The notes under the pieces are model-generated. The model worked only from the letters and a program-made list of their open reading frames with translations, was not told the origin of the DNA and searched no databases. Below, one piece after another: positions 38,301 through 50,300 of a DNA stretch of 64,000 nucleotides. This DNA is from Macrostomum lignano (taxonomy: Eukaryota), in NCBI GenBank assembly GCA_002269645.1, contig NIVC01000262.1, positions 248,001 to 312,000 of the forward strand, in the 5' to 3' direction. How positions within the stretch are numbered: position 1 is the stretch's first letter; each line of letters starts with the position of its first letter. Made by a program: the position numbers and the translations under genes.

Positions 38301-41300
38301 GTTATTGTTAGTGTTTGGGTAGGGTTAGGGTTCGACCATTTTAACGAATCGCCATGTAAACAGCTGACTTTCAGGGCGGATGCTTTTTACTTTTAGCCTC
38401 AGTTTCCTTGAGAAATCAACAATAGCTCAATATTCATTTTTTTTCTTTGTTAGCTCCCCACGGGGGGGGGGCGCAGATTGCTAGTCCACTATACTAAACG
38501 TGAAAAATCCTCAATAGATATATTATTCTACTGATAGTAGTTTAATTGACTCACTCAATTTTTTTGTTAAAATTCGAAGCATTTTTTACCCAAAATATTC
38601 TGTTTAATCCACAGGCGGACTACTCCAGCATCAGAGTGGACACTCGCAGCCTGGGAACGTACATGATGCTGCTGTCTCCAGTGGAGGAGACCTTCCAGAT
38701 CTCTCCGAACGGAGGGCTCATCGATTTTCGCATTGACCAATGCGTGTCGCTGCGGGTGCCCAAGAATGCCTTCCCAGTGCCCAGATTGTTTAAACTGAGG
38801 GTAATTCCTTGATTGATAAATTTATGATTTGATTGATCTGATAAATTTGATTGATTTGATTGGTTTGATTGATTTGATTGACTTGATCAACTGGTTGAGT
38901 AAAACGATTGAGATTATGGAACTGTGCTTTTTATTTGGCCTAAGACTTATGCTAATTTGCAAGGCAGGAACTGGGGATCTTAGTGAGACACGGAATTTCG
39001 CAACAATCATCCTCTCATCAACACACCATCCCACAGATCCTCCCATTCACAGACAAAGGCGCTGCCCTCGCTCGCCAGCTTCGCCGGTCCGAAACAATGG
39101 ACATCGCCGCCCTCACCCCGATGTACAGTTTCCGTTGTGACGACGATCACGACCACGCCGCCGAAGACGACGACGCGACTCCGATCCGACGAGGTGTCAC
39201 CGTGAAGCTGCCTCTGCCAGCCTGGCTGCGAGACAGCGAACGCAAGGAAGCCACCGCTCGACTCGCCGTCGCCTTCCGTTTAGACGCCGACGTGGGCGGC
39301 CAGTGGACCCTGCTGGATTTGAAGCGCGCCTCGCCGAGGCTGACTCGAACCACCGTTAGCTTCGAGTCGAAACAGCTGGCGGCCAGGTTTTGCTTCGTAG
39401 ACGCGATTCCCGCCCGACTGCCGAGAGCCGTGCTGGGCCTGCAGCACCTGGAGGCGCTGAACACTGGACGCCCGGGACAGCTGAACCTCTTCATCGCGTT
39501 CGATAGGCGACGCTGGGCTCTGTGTGTCCGCTGCGCGCCTCTGCCGGAGGGTGCAGCGGACGCGTCTTCAGCTACTGCCGCAGGTGAGAACGGGAGTAAC
39601 AAAAAGACAATGAAAGAAAGTTTTCACTAATCATTTCCCCTAAATATAAAACATCCCCAAGAAAGCAAGCATCCCTCAGATAGCAAGCATCCCCAGATAG
39701 CAAGCATCCCCCAGATAGCAAACATCCCCCAGATAGCAAGCATCCCCCAGATAGCAAGCATCCCCCAGATAGCAAGCATCCCCCAGATAGCAAGCAACCC
39801 CAGATAGCAAGCATCCTGCAGATAAAAAGAGTCCCTAGATTTAGTTGCAATGAAACCTTCATCATCAGCATCAGGAGCCGGACCAATCGACGGTCAAGAC
39901 GTTCTTCGATGGCAGCTGCTGCCGCCGCTGCAACCGACTGGCGCTCGAGTCGACCGCGCCGTCAGAGCCGGACGCCAGAACGCGGCCTCAGTTGCCGCAG
40001 CAGCCGCGGCAGTTGAGGCGGCCAAATCCGAGCAGCTGCTGCTACGCGAAGGCGACAGTTTCAGCGTCGAATTGACGGGCGACTTTCAGCTGCAGCAGAC
40101 GCCCGACAGTCAGGCCGGAGACCGCGTAAGCTTCCAGTATCACCAGAGATTCGCCGACAATCCCGTCGTGTTCGAGCTGGTGCCAACAGATCGCACGGTG
40201 ACCATCGTGTCCGATTTTTTCTCCTACTTGTTGGAGCTGGCCGAGGACGAGGGCGACAGGAAGGAGACGGCCGAGGCGAAGCTGGTGGACAAGGCAGGGA
40301 ATGAGACGCTTACGTTTAGGTGAGTTAAGACAAGGTTTTAGAAGGTTCTTAGAGTTTAGAACTCTAGAGAGATGAGATTTAGAAGTTCGGGATTCTTTTG
40401 GGATCTCATCTGGTCCCAACGAAATTCCATCTGATCCTACGGAAATCCAATGTGATCCCCTATGAAACCCCATTTTATCCCTAAGAAGTCCCATCTGATC
40501 CCTAAGAAATCCCAATCTTATCCCTAATAAATCCCATCTTACTCTACGAAATCACACAAAAATCCCATTCAATCATATTCCCACTGCAACCCAACAAACC
40601 GGACAGAGGCTCCATCAAGCTGCTCAGCTCCGCCGGCAAAGTCCTGTCTAATCACGAGTTCAGCGTTGGCTTCCACGCGTTGAAGCAGTACCTGGACCTC
40701 AAGCCGCCGCCTCCGCCGCCTCCGCCGGCCGCTCTGGACAGCGAAAACGCCGATGAAGCGGCCGGAAGTGCCGGAAACCGACAGGACGATCAGCAGAAAC
40801 CAGGCGGTTGGTTTCATTATCCCAGGATTCTTAAGCTGCGGATCTACGAGTTGGACCCGCAGCAGGCCCGGCTGGAGAGCCAACAGCGACTGCTGGCACC
40901 GAAGAGGAACGCCCAGCCAGCTCGTGAGTGCCCGGTGGGAGGGGACGATGGGAGCTATAGATCACAGCTATAGATCACAGCTATAGATCACAGCTATAGA
41001 TCACAGCTGTAGATCACAGATATAGATCACAGCTATAGATCACAGCTATAGATCACAGCTATCGATCACAGATATAGATCACACCTATAGATCACAGCTA
41101 TAGATCACAGCTGTAGATCACAGATATAGATCACAGCTATAGATCATAGCTATAGATCACAGCTATAGATCACAGCTATCGATCACAGATATAGATCACA
41201 CCTATAGATCACAGCTATAGATCACAGCTGTAGATCACAGATATAGATCACACCTATAGATCACAGCTATAGATCACAGCTATAGATCACACCTATAGAT

Positions 41301-41822
41301 CATAGCTATAGATCGCACCTATATATCACACCTATGGATCACAGCTATAGATCACACCTATATATCACACCTATAGATCATAGCTATAGATCTGGATTCT
41401 TCCAAAACCCAAAAAATCCTTCAGACGGTCGCGAGCCCCGCGCGCTGAGTCGCCGTAGCCTGCAGACTCTGGCCGAGCAGATTCAGCAGGGGGTGACCCT
41501 GGCAGCCGAACTGGGAATTCCCGAGAGTGCCGTGTCCGCTCTGGGCTTCGAGACCATCTCGACCCGCGGCGCTGGTGGCAGCAGCAGCAATTTTACATTT
41601 CGAGTTCTGCTGTACTGGAAGCGAACCTGTGCCGCTCCGGAGCGAGGGAGCCTGGTGGATCAGCTCAGTGATGCCCTGAGTCGCATGGGACGCAACGATC
41701 TGGTTGCCGCTGTGAGAGACTGCACTGCTGGCAACAAGGAACTCACTCCTGACCGATTTGTGCAGCAGCAGCAACCGCAGGCGCAGCAGCAACAGCATCA
41801 TCTCTTACTGCCTCAAAATTGA
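32393..41822 (+). CDS. DTHD1: DTHD1-like ZU5-ZU5-UPA-death domain protein (about 820 aa)
   Basis: Exons 32393-32399 (GCC-ATG TCA G|GTAAGG), 36745-36949, 37641-37998, 38615-38800, 39037-39583, 39875-40319, 40607-40923, 41425-41822, all phase-consistent. ZU5-like GGRYQLPDGGCLTIP...LVSPVYQL...LKLPL...WKEL; second ZU5 FQISPNGG...VSLRVPKNAF...LTPMY...VTVKLPLP; C-terminal death fold LAEQIQQGVTLAAELGIP...VLLYWK...LSDALSRMGRNDLV. Domain order recognised with good confidence; orthology to DTHD1 is inferred. Confidence 0.8.
32685..36715. repeat. 4-kb satellite of 23-bp (CTCTCCCTCAGTTCCCTCTGTGA) and 19-bp deletion units, filling intron 1
   Basis: Read directly from the sequence. Confidence 0.98.
37075..37615. 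repeat. 21-bp intronic minisatellite (CATAGCAACCCGAATATCCTG)
   Basis: Read directly from the sequence. Confidence 0.95.
39660..39820. repeat. 18-bp intronic minisatellite (CAGATAGCAAGCATCCCC)
   Basis: Read directly from the sequence. Confidence 0.9.
40950..41390. repeat. 13-bp intronic minisatellite (CTATAGATCACAG)
   Basis: Read directly from the sequence. Confidence 0.95.
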
Positions 41823-42269
41823 AGCAACTTACGGGCACTTCAATTAAATATATACACGGCATAGATAACTATTTTATAAGCTTCTTCTTCAAGCCTTGCA
41901 GAATGTGAGAGAACATCCGATTCACTTCACAATGCATCAGCAAGAGAACAGTTTTCTTTCATCGTTGACCGTTTAATGTAATATTTTACCTTTTAATAAA
42001 ACTGGTGGAGACCGAAATAATTTAATCCGATCTGTAACTGTACTCGGATGTTTTTAAACAGATTTCATGAAACTCCATTGAACAGGGCGGATAATTGTTA
42101 ATACTTTTCGCTTATTAAATGAAGTCTAATTCAAATTCGCGCGAAAATTGGCACTGTTAAACAGTTCTGAAAAGTCTGAAAGCGCACCAATACGATAAAA
42201 AAGTAAAATAATTACTCACTCAAAAACCAAGAAACCTTAGGTTTTAACTACCTAAAAAACTAACTGACT

Positions 42270-42278
42270 AACTAAATG

Positions 42279-42353
<75 letters not shown>

Positions 42354-42354
42354 G

Positions 42355-42419
<65 letters not shown>

Positions 42420-42420
42420 A

Positions 42421-42487
<67 letters not shown>

Positions 42488-42512
42488 ATAACTAACTAAC
42501 TAAATAACTAAA

Positions 42513-42555
<43 letters not shown>

Positions 42556-42556
42556 A

Positions 42557-42611
<55 letters not shown>

Positions 42612-42612
42612 A

Positions 42613-42675
<63 letters not shown>

Positions 42676-42700
42676 ATAACTAACTAACTAACTAACTAAA

Positions 42701-42739
<39 letters not shown>

Positions 42740-42748
42740 ATAACTAAA

Positions 42749-42787
<39 letters not shown>

Positions 42788-42830
42788 ATAAGTAACTAAC
42801 TAACTAACTAACTAAATAACTAACTAAACT
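42270..42830. repeat. (ACTA)n microsatellite, about 560 bp
   Basis: Read directly from the sequence. Confidence 0.97.
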
Positions 42831-43020
42831 GATTCCGAACCTTGCTGTCGTCCGCTGCATGTTAATTGAATGTACTGCTGAAGAATAGAAACATCACTGG
42901 AGCAAGCAAGAGTAGAAAAGATGTCCTCGCTAAGTACCGCACTGTAAATCTAAAAGGTCCGGAAAGGGTCCGAATTCTATTTTTGGACCCTTAACCTGTC
43001 ATGACCTGTCTTAACCTGTA

Positions 43021-44300
43021 ATGATGTTACCAGCTTCAGGTCTCTCCATTAATTACCTGCGCACAGAAGGGTGTGCTAAGTTGGACATTATCGATGCGGA
43101 AAATGTGCGCATCGTTACTGCAGATGGATTCGAGATTGATGACGACGAACTTATTCCGGAAGTCGCAAAAGAAGGGAAGAATGTCTACTTTCTTCTACAA
43201 GGAGAATTGCTCTCTGACTTTGCGCAGCGAGCCAGCAACTTTTCTAGCAGCATCTGCATCTATAACACCCAGAAATTCGTGTCCAGATGCGGTGCCAAAA
43301 CCGATTGCTTTGTCCGCCTCATCCACCCCATGGGTGCACTAACGACGATCAGGAAAGGGCGAGGTTGCCATGGCCTGCCGTTTTTCCACTGCCAAGGTTG
43401 GATAGCCTCACTGAGATACGCTTCGTAATCTTCGAATCCATCCTGAAAAAAGCTCGGATTTAAAAAAAAACAATGCGACGTTTCTCAACCTCTTCCTAAA
43501 GTGCATCGTTGAAAACATTTTGTCGGATTACGTCTCCCACAGCAACCCATACGTCTCACGCAGCCATCTCACCGATGTGTGCAAGGCAATTGTTGCAACG
43601 TATCCCGGTCTAAAAGACCCTTCCGAAACCTTCTGGCGCTCAAAGATTATCCGACGTTTTAAGGAGATGCACATGAAAAACGGATGCTGACATCAACAGC
43701 AGTCATATCGTTCAGGAAATGCGTCGTAAATTTGGGCGCCAGTGCAAGCATCCTGCAGCAGCGACCAACAGGTGTACAGATGTCGAAAGACGACGCCGTT
43801 CGACTAAAAACCCGCAGGCGTCAGCGATTAGACGACGACTTCGAAGATGACAACGAGGAAATCGATGATGGCATTGACAATCAGGCGGATGTGAACGATG
43901 CGCGCAGCATGGTGGCGAAGAGTGTCGACTTCGGTGGCTTCGACACTGAAGTCCCAGCATCGCACGAGGCCTGTAGAGAAAATTTTAACACGCTCGTAAG
44001 ACGCACGACCTTGCCGCGATTACGGACACTCCCAATCAAATGAAGTCCTTGTTCTCCGTCCGAATTTTGCGATGCCAGGATTTTTACACTAAGTGAATTG
44101 AGAAGCTGTCGAGCTTTACGTACCACTTCGCGACATCCGCGTACTAGAACAGGAGGCATTTCTAATGATTACTATCAAGTTCACATCCCTTATGGGTTTA
44201 TCTTATGGTTCTTATCTGTTCGATTTCAGGCCAAGGCTAATGGTGGGATTGTTGGAGGAGGGGTGGGGAATACTGTCTCAATGTGTATATTTTAACTATA
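43021..44300 (+). pseudogene. Frameshifted transposon-accessory ORF resembling the 'SAMD3-like' family, with an N-terminal CIDE-N/ubiquitin-like segment
   Basis: Recognisable pieces in three frames: NVRIVTADGFEIDDDELIPEVAKEGKNVYFL (43100-43200); LPWPAVFPLPRLDSL (43365-43410); FLKCIVENILSDYVSHSNPYVSRSHLTDVCKAIVATYPGLKDPSETFWRSKIIRRFKEM (43490-43670); acidic stretch at 43830-43900. Family assignment from memory only. Confidence 0.55.
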
Positions 44301-45651
44301 TAGTTTGCATTGGGAATTTTAGCAGCGGCCTTGAAAATTACAGTTTTAAATAGACATAATGAATAAATAATGAAACAGGCAGGTGTGTTGAGTCAACCGA
44401 CTCACCACCGGAAAATGTCTCCTTGAATTATCAAACGTCAGTTCAAACACAAAACCGATTTGTAAGATCTTAATACATTTATATTATTGACGCTGACAAT
44501 ATCTTGACAAACTACATTTATATACTTCTATGAAACCTAATTATGCATTTTATAATTAAATAGCTTTTAGAATTGGCTGTAGCGTCTGAAGGCGCTTTGG
44601 AGTACCAGCTAGAGAATAGTTGGTAATTTCTACACCTATAATCGCAGTGACGACTGGAAATTGATAAGTATGTACACTCAATCGATTGCATTGACAATTG
44701 GCAAACTAATTCCAGCGATGTTCTGCAGAGTGCACTCTCGAAAGGTGTGCATAGTGCCCTATACAAACGGATCTTCGTGCTTTACTATTCTAACTCTCCC
44801 CAACAGTCAGTATTCTATATCATATTGGATCGAGCAGGATGTGATAATGCATGAACACATCCAACTAGCCAAGAAGAAAATATATGCAGAATCAAGAAAC
44901 CAAGCAGATCGAAACATCCAAAACACATTTATAAAATTTAATAAATCTGAAGATCATTAAGTCGTTGATTATTTTTCGAATAACTGACGGTAAAATTTCA
45001 TTTCGGCAAACAATCAGCTTGTAAATTATCGATTCATGTGATTTTCTCGACTCAGAGGAGAATCTTCCATTTCTACAAATCAATTGCTTTTATTAGACGT
45101 AAAAGTTTCAGTTATACCAAGTCGCTACCTGCAAGGTCTCACAAAATAATTGTTAAGCAATTAACAATGGCCATTGGAAGTTACCCCGTTGTATCACGTT
45201 CTAAGAAAGTTTATTTAAATGCCATGTTTTGTTTTGATACACTTTGGCGAGATGGAAACTCTTAATTGTAAACGATTTCAAATACATTCTGCTTAATTGT
45301 TTTTACGACGATCACATGCAGCCAGAACATTGTTTGGTTGACATAGATTGAGGAAAAAGCGCTTCTGGAGACGCTTCTGCCAAATGTAGCAAACTTATTA
45401 CCTTTCTTTCCATCTCTTTAATATATTTGTTTCTGGGCGAATTTTTCGCGTCTCAAGATTATCTGTGACATACGAGCTAAATATCAATCGATGCAATGCA
45501 CTCTACAACAAAACAGTTTAGAGTACACACGGTGCTAATGTGAATGTTATGTCCATAATTTACTGGTCCTTGGCAGTCAAGCTCTGGCACTGTTTAAATA
45601 AACGAATCCAGACTTCTCAGTTAGTTTTAAAATTTGTCGCCATTGACGTCG

Positions 45652-47352
45652 TTAAACTTCGGACGCGGTTGTGGTGCCATCAATCGTTTCCGGCTCAGTC
45701 TGTTGCATGGATGTCGTCGACTTCTCATCGTTGGCAAGGACGCGTTTTTTCCAACTGCGGCAGACGTAGCGGGCGCAGTTATGCAGGAGTTCCAGCAGCT
45801 CCAGCATTGACAGCAGTGACATGCCCAGGAAGAAGCCCAGCATCCCCCCGGCATCCGCCAACAGCGAGTTGGCGTTGTAGCGTAACGACAGTTCCACCTC
45901 GCGGCTCTGACTGGACACGGCCGACACCGAAATCTGGGCAATCGATTGACGGAACTTCTCCAGATTGTTACTATTGTTCAGCTGGAGCAGGTGCTCAATG
46001 CCTGGCAGTTTTAGGCCGGTGGATTTTAGACTCACGTAGTTGCTACGAATCGCGGCGGCAAGGAATTGCTGAGCAGTATGGTCTTGCGTCAGGCCGCTGG
46101 AAGAGTAGTCGTAAGTGTAGGAACGGGTCTTGCAGCGCTTGAACTTGTCGCACTTCTGCAAGGCGGCAATGGTTGCGTCGCTTCGAAGTCGATGAAATTT
46201 ACTGTCTATCGGTGTCCTTTCACCGTTAGTGATGTTCATACAATAGGGCAGGTGCCGGTAAGCCCAGGCCAGTGGTATTCGGGAGCCCGAACAGTTCATT
46301 AACTTCTGATACAGGCTGGCCAGCTCTTGATAGAAGCAGGTTTCCTGGCTCTTTAGAAACCTCTCTTTCGCTTTAGTGTAAGGATTAACAAAATCAATCC
46401 AGTCTGACTCTCCTTTGTTACCCGCATCGGAGCCGCAGATGTCAGGAAAATCGCCAGGATTGTACACGGTGTCCTCCATGCGGACCTGGGCTCGAGCCTG
46501 TTGCCCGGGTCCTACAGTAAAGTGGGCACCCAGCTCGCTCGGGTACTCATCTTTCGGAGTCAGGAATACGTGGAATCCGTTAGGGCGCCAATAGTCCACG
46601 CCGAAATCCCAGTCTAAATCCACAAGAGACAGACTGGAATTTCCGTTTAGAAAATCGATGCTATCGATATCGCTGACTGTTGACAGCAGGGAGTCTAGAA
46701 ACAGAATGAGAAACACACCGAATCCCCGGTGCCCGGACACGAGTCGATCGGCCTCGCTCATGTTGAGGCTGATGCAGTTGACATAGCGGGGATGGTAGAA
46801 AGTCTTCACCGGAACAAAGGTGGTTGTTAGGCTGGAAAAGATTACAGTCTGGTAGGCCCTGTGAGCCAGGTGATCCGACAGGAACTGGAATGGCAGGCTG
46901 TTGACTAGCAGCGCAGGGTACAGAGCCAGCTCAGACTGGTTCCAAGCGTCGCGAAATCTTGCAGTCGACTCTCTAGCCATTCGCCTGTACCGATTCAGCA
47001 CCCCGATAGACGAGGAGTTGAGAATTCCTGGAAAGCTACCAGAAATTGGATTCGCATTGCACACGTACAGATCCGGAAACTCAAAGCTGATGGCGTTCTC
47101 GCGCACCGTCCAGGCTATGTTCCGACTGGAGAATCGTTCGCAGAGTTCAAATATGCGCAAACTGCAGAAAGCGAACGAGAGAAGGACAGCGATGAGCCAG
47201 GCGATGCGAAGGTACAGCGGTTTCGTGTCGCCAACTAATCTGCTCAATCCGTGTACTGAGCTGCTCTGCATGCAGTTCTCCAGCGGAGCCAGCCAAGTCA
47301 GCAGTCGATTCCTCTGTCTGAAAGATGCGGCATCCTGTTGTTGGTCTGACAT
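45652..47352 (-). CDS. Intronless DEG/ENaC (ASIC/FaNaC-superfamily) sodium channel subunit, 566 aa (588 aa from the upstream ATG at 47418)
   Basis: Pre-TM1 HG motif (SSVHGLSRL); TM1 IAWLIAVLLSFAFCSLRIF; FPDLYVCNANP; HPRYVNCISLN; Cys-rich thumb; TM2 LLADAGGMLGFFLGMSLLSMLELLE. The ORF is uninterrupted. Confidence 0.95.
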   Translation of the reverse strand: MSDQQQDAASFRQRNRLLTWLAPLENCMQSSSVHGLSRLVGDTKPLYLRIAWLIAVLLSFAFCSLRIFELCERFSSRNIAWTVRENAISFEFPDLYVCNANPISGSFPGILNSSSIGVLNRYRRMARESTARFRDAWNQSELALYPALLVNSLPFQFLSDHLAHRAYQTVIFSSLTTTFVPVKTFYHPRYVNCISLNMSEADRLVSGHRGFGVFLILFLDSLLSTVSDIDSIDFLNGNSSLSLVDLDWDFGVDYWRPNGFHVFLTPKDEYPSELGAHFTVGPGQQARAQVRMEDTVYNPGDFPDICGSDAGNKGESDWIDFVNPYTKAKERFLKSQETCFYQELASLYQKLMNCSGSRIPLAWAYRHLPYCMNITNGERTPIDSKFHRLRSDATIAALQKCDKFKRCKTRSYTYDYSSSGLTQDHTAQQFLAAAIRSNYVSLKSTGLKLPGIEHLLQLNNSNNLEKFRQSIAQISVSAVSSQSREVELSLRYNANSLLADAGGMLGFFLGMSLLSMLELLELLHNCARYVCRSWKKRVLANDEKSTTSMQQTEPETIDGTTTASEV

Positions 47353-50300
47353 ACCGATTCTAACGCGACCACGGTTTGTTGAAGTCTTCCATTCCACCCA
47401 GATGCAAGCTGTGTGCATGTTTTATTTTCTCAAGACTGCAAATCAATGGCAAATCTGCAGCCAATCACAAAAAGTCCACTTTAGTAAACTAAAAATCTTG
47501 CGTGTTTCCGATGAACTCTAAATTGAAAAAAAATCTTGAATTGAGTTTAGCATTGTGTGTTTGGACTAGCAAAAATGTTTACCAAATGCAAACAGAAGCT
47601 GTAAGGATACAATATACTTGTACATATATTTTACTTGCTTGAAGCAAGCTAGCAATTAATACGCTCGTACTCGTATATAAACAGTGTAAATAAGCAGACT
47701 TTCTAATTCCTGCATTGATTTAAAATTCCAAGCAGTTTGCAGAAAAAAAATCAGTTTGCATTACGGAAGCTTGTCAACTCTGTATGCGTTTCTCTTTATA
47801 GTAAACCAGCTAGATCAGTGATGTTTTACAGTGTACCGCGAAGAAAAAAACTAACAAAATTCAACAAAGGAAATATTTTATTCAGAGAATTGTAACCATA
47901 AAATGTTTGTATCTCGATAGGAGAATATAAAGTATGGATGTATTTATTGTCGAGTGCAAGATATAATAAATTCTAGCCATACGCAATGCAAAGTGTTTTT
48001 GTAAATTTCATCATCTAGTAATTACTGCACGATTAAAAAAACTAGAATTTTTTGAATCGAAAGGCAATTTAAATAATAATTAGCTTTCGATTGAGAACCA
48101 CCACAAACATTATTGCACTTTAATGCCTTGAAATTGATTTGTGAATGAATCATGCTTACAATCGATTCTAGTGAAACAATACAATAGATACAAAGCCAAA
48201 ACCACATAGATTCTATCCTGCAACCAAAATTAAAGCATAAAGCAGGTACACCAATTAATGAAAATAAGTTAATGCGTTTTTAAGTTGACACGGAAAGGAA
48301 GAATGTTTCAAGAAAGAAAAAATATCTAGACATACATATTGAAGATAGTACACATCTGATTGCACGTATAATGTGATCTTTGATTCGCAAAATGGCCTAA
48401 AAAGTTCATTTGTAGTTGATTGGCTGAAATACGAGCGTATCAGTAATATAGAGATTCTCGCAATTGACAAAGTATATATCTTGTTTTTATATATAATTTT
48501 AATGTCCCCTTTATTGTTTGTTTTACAAAACTTTAGTATTTCGGGTTGCATTATAATAGTACGAGGTTTATTGTTTTTTTTTTCTCAAGACAGACAAGGC
48601 GCTTATATTCTTATCTAAATATTATAAAAAATAATCATATTTCATGTTTACGATAGATGGGAGTTAAAAAGTTAAACAAGTTATCAGCAACCACACTTAA
48701 AATTGCGCAATTAACATGTATTTACAATTAGCATATTATAGACGCGCAACTTTTAAGTGAAAGTATTCAATATATATATGTGACAGTTTCAATCTGATAG
48801 CTTCATTCGCCCATTAGGTTGTCGGCTATTGCATGCACAAACGAATGGCAGATCTCTTCAGCCTGCGGGAAGAAAATAAATGTATTTTTTCTTAGAAATC
48901 AACTGCGAATACGTATAATTATGCACCCTATGCAAAGGTAGGCTAGAATTGAAAGATATTATAACTAATTTACCTGCTCCATCCATGTACACACGATCAG
49001 TCTCTAGGCAAAGCAGATCTACAGTATACTTAAGTGGATATCGTACATAAGGACCGACGAGTTTTCATTTCGCTAGCATTTAAGGAGCTTTGGATTCGGA
49101 ACAGAACTGGACGAGTGTCTGAGTCTGCATACATATGCACAGTGGGGTTGTAAGGACCACGTGAAGTCATTGGGAAGCTGGCATAAAATATCTAGATAGT
49201 ATTAAACCGATGTATATTCATTGATTTACCTCTTAAATAATATTAGTACAATAAAACCCAATCATATTCACAAATAAATAGAAAAAACTATTCGTATAGA
49301 TAAATTGAAAAACAAATATAAACAATTCTTTTTAAGTTTTTATCAATATGTTTTTTTCATAAATCACAACAAATCACATCTTGAAATAAATATATATGTG
49401 TACAGCATACTAGCTCGTAAAATGTCTTTATTTTGTTTTTCTGTAAATGGCAGAAAATGAATGGAATGGTTAGGATGGCTCTTAGAATATAAATAAGCGT
49501 AACTAGGGAGGAGATGAAAGGACAAAAACGAAAAATACTAGTCAGGCAATACAACAGGAATCACAGGACAGGTACAAAGCAAGCTAAATGTATTAATACC
49601 CTAAACAGCTTCATTGAGATTAATTTGGCAGACAAAAACACCACAGAGATGTACAGTATATAGTAACTCAACCAGAAGCAATCTATATTAACAAATACAA
49701 GATTATTTGGCGGAGAAACAAATGAGTCAGATAATGTAAAAGTTCGATACGTGAATTGGTCAGAGACACCGATCACAGCCACGTGAGGATGACGTTAATA
49801 TTATAATTTGTCAATGAGTATACATATTCTATGTAATATATATGAGTGTGCTGGTAATAAAAATTCAAGGAGAATATTTAAACAAACAACACAAATATGA
49901 CAATAATTTTTTATTTAGCCATACCATTTTATTTTATGCAGCGGAAGTATTGATAATTAAGAAGAAACAAAATAAGAAATTTTAAAACTTATAAACCGTT
50001 TTTAAACTTCTAAAAATACACTAAGTAAAAGCTTTAAGTTATGCTCATTTACATTCTCTTGAATCTTTATATATATATATAGAATGAAAGCTATAGTATT
50101 AACCTACCCATGTCGACTATTTAGTAAACATCAAAGGGACTGAGACATAGCCATCGAACATTAATTGCATTGTTTTACGATATTATTTCAATAAATGGAG
50201 TAGTTCATTATACAAAACAAGGAATGTAACTCAATGGTTAAATAAAATATAAAATAACACAGGAATGATCACCTTACACTTACAACAAAATACACAGAAA

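Larger units (their letters stand above)
42940..47833. mobile_element. CAC-ended DNA transposon (Transib/CMC-like) carrying a DEG/ENaC gene and a decayed SAMD3-like ORF
   Basis: Left end CACTGTAAA (42940-42948), right end TTTACAGTG (47825-47833). TACCG lies immediately outside both ends (42935-42939, 47834-47838), a perfect 5-bp TSD. Subterminal AAGGTCC/AGGGTCC/GGACCCTT motifs at 42954-43012. No transposase recognised. Confidence 0.72.
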
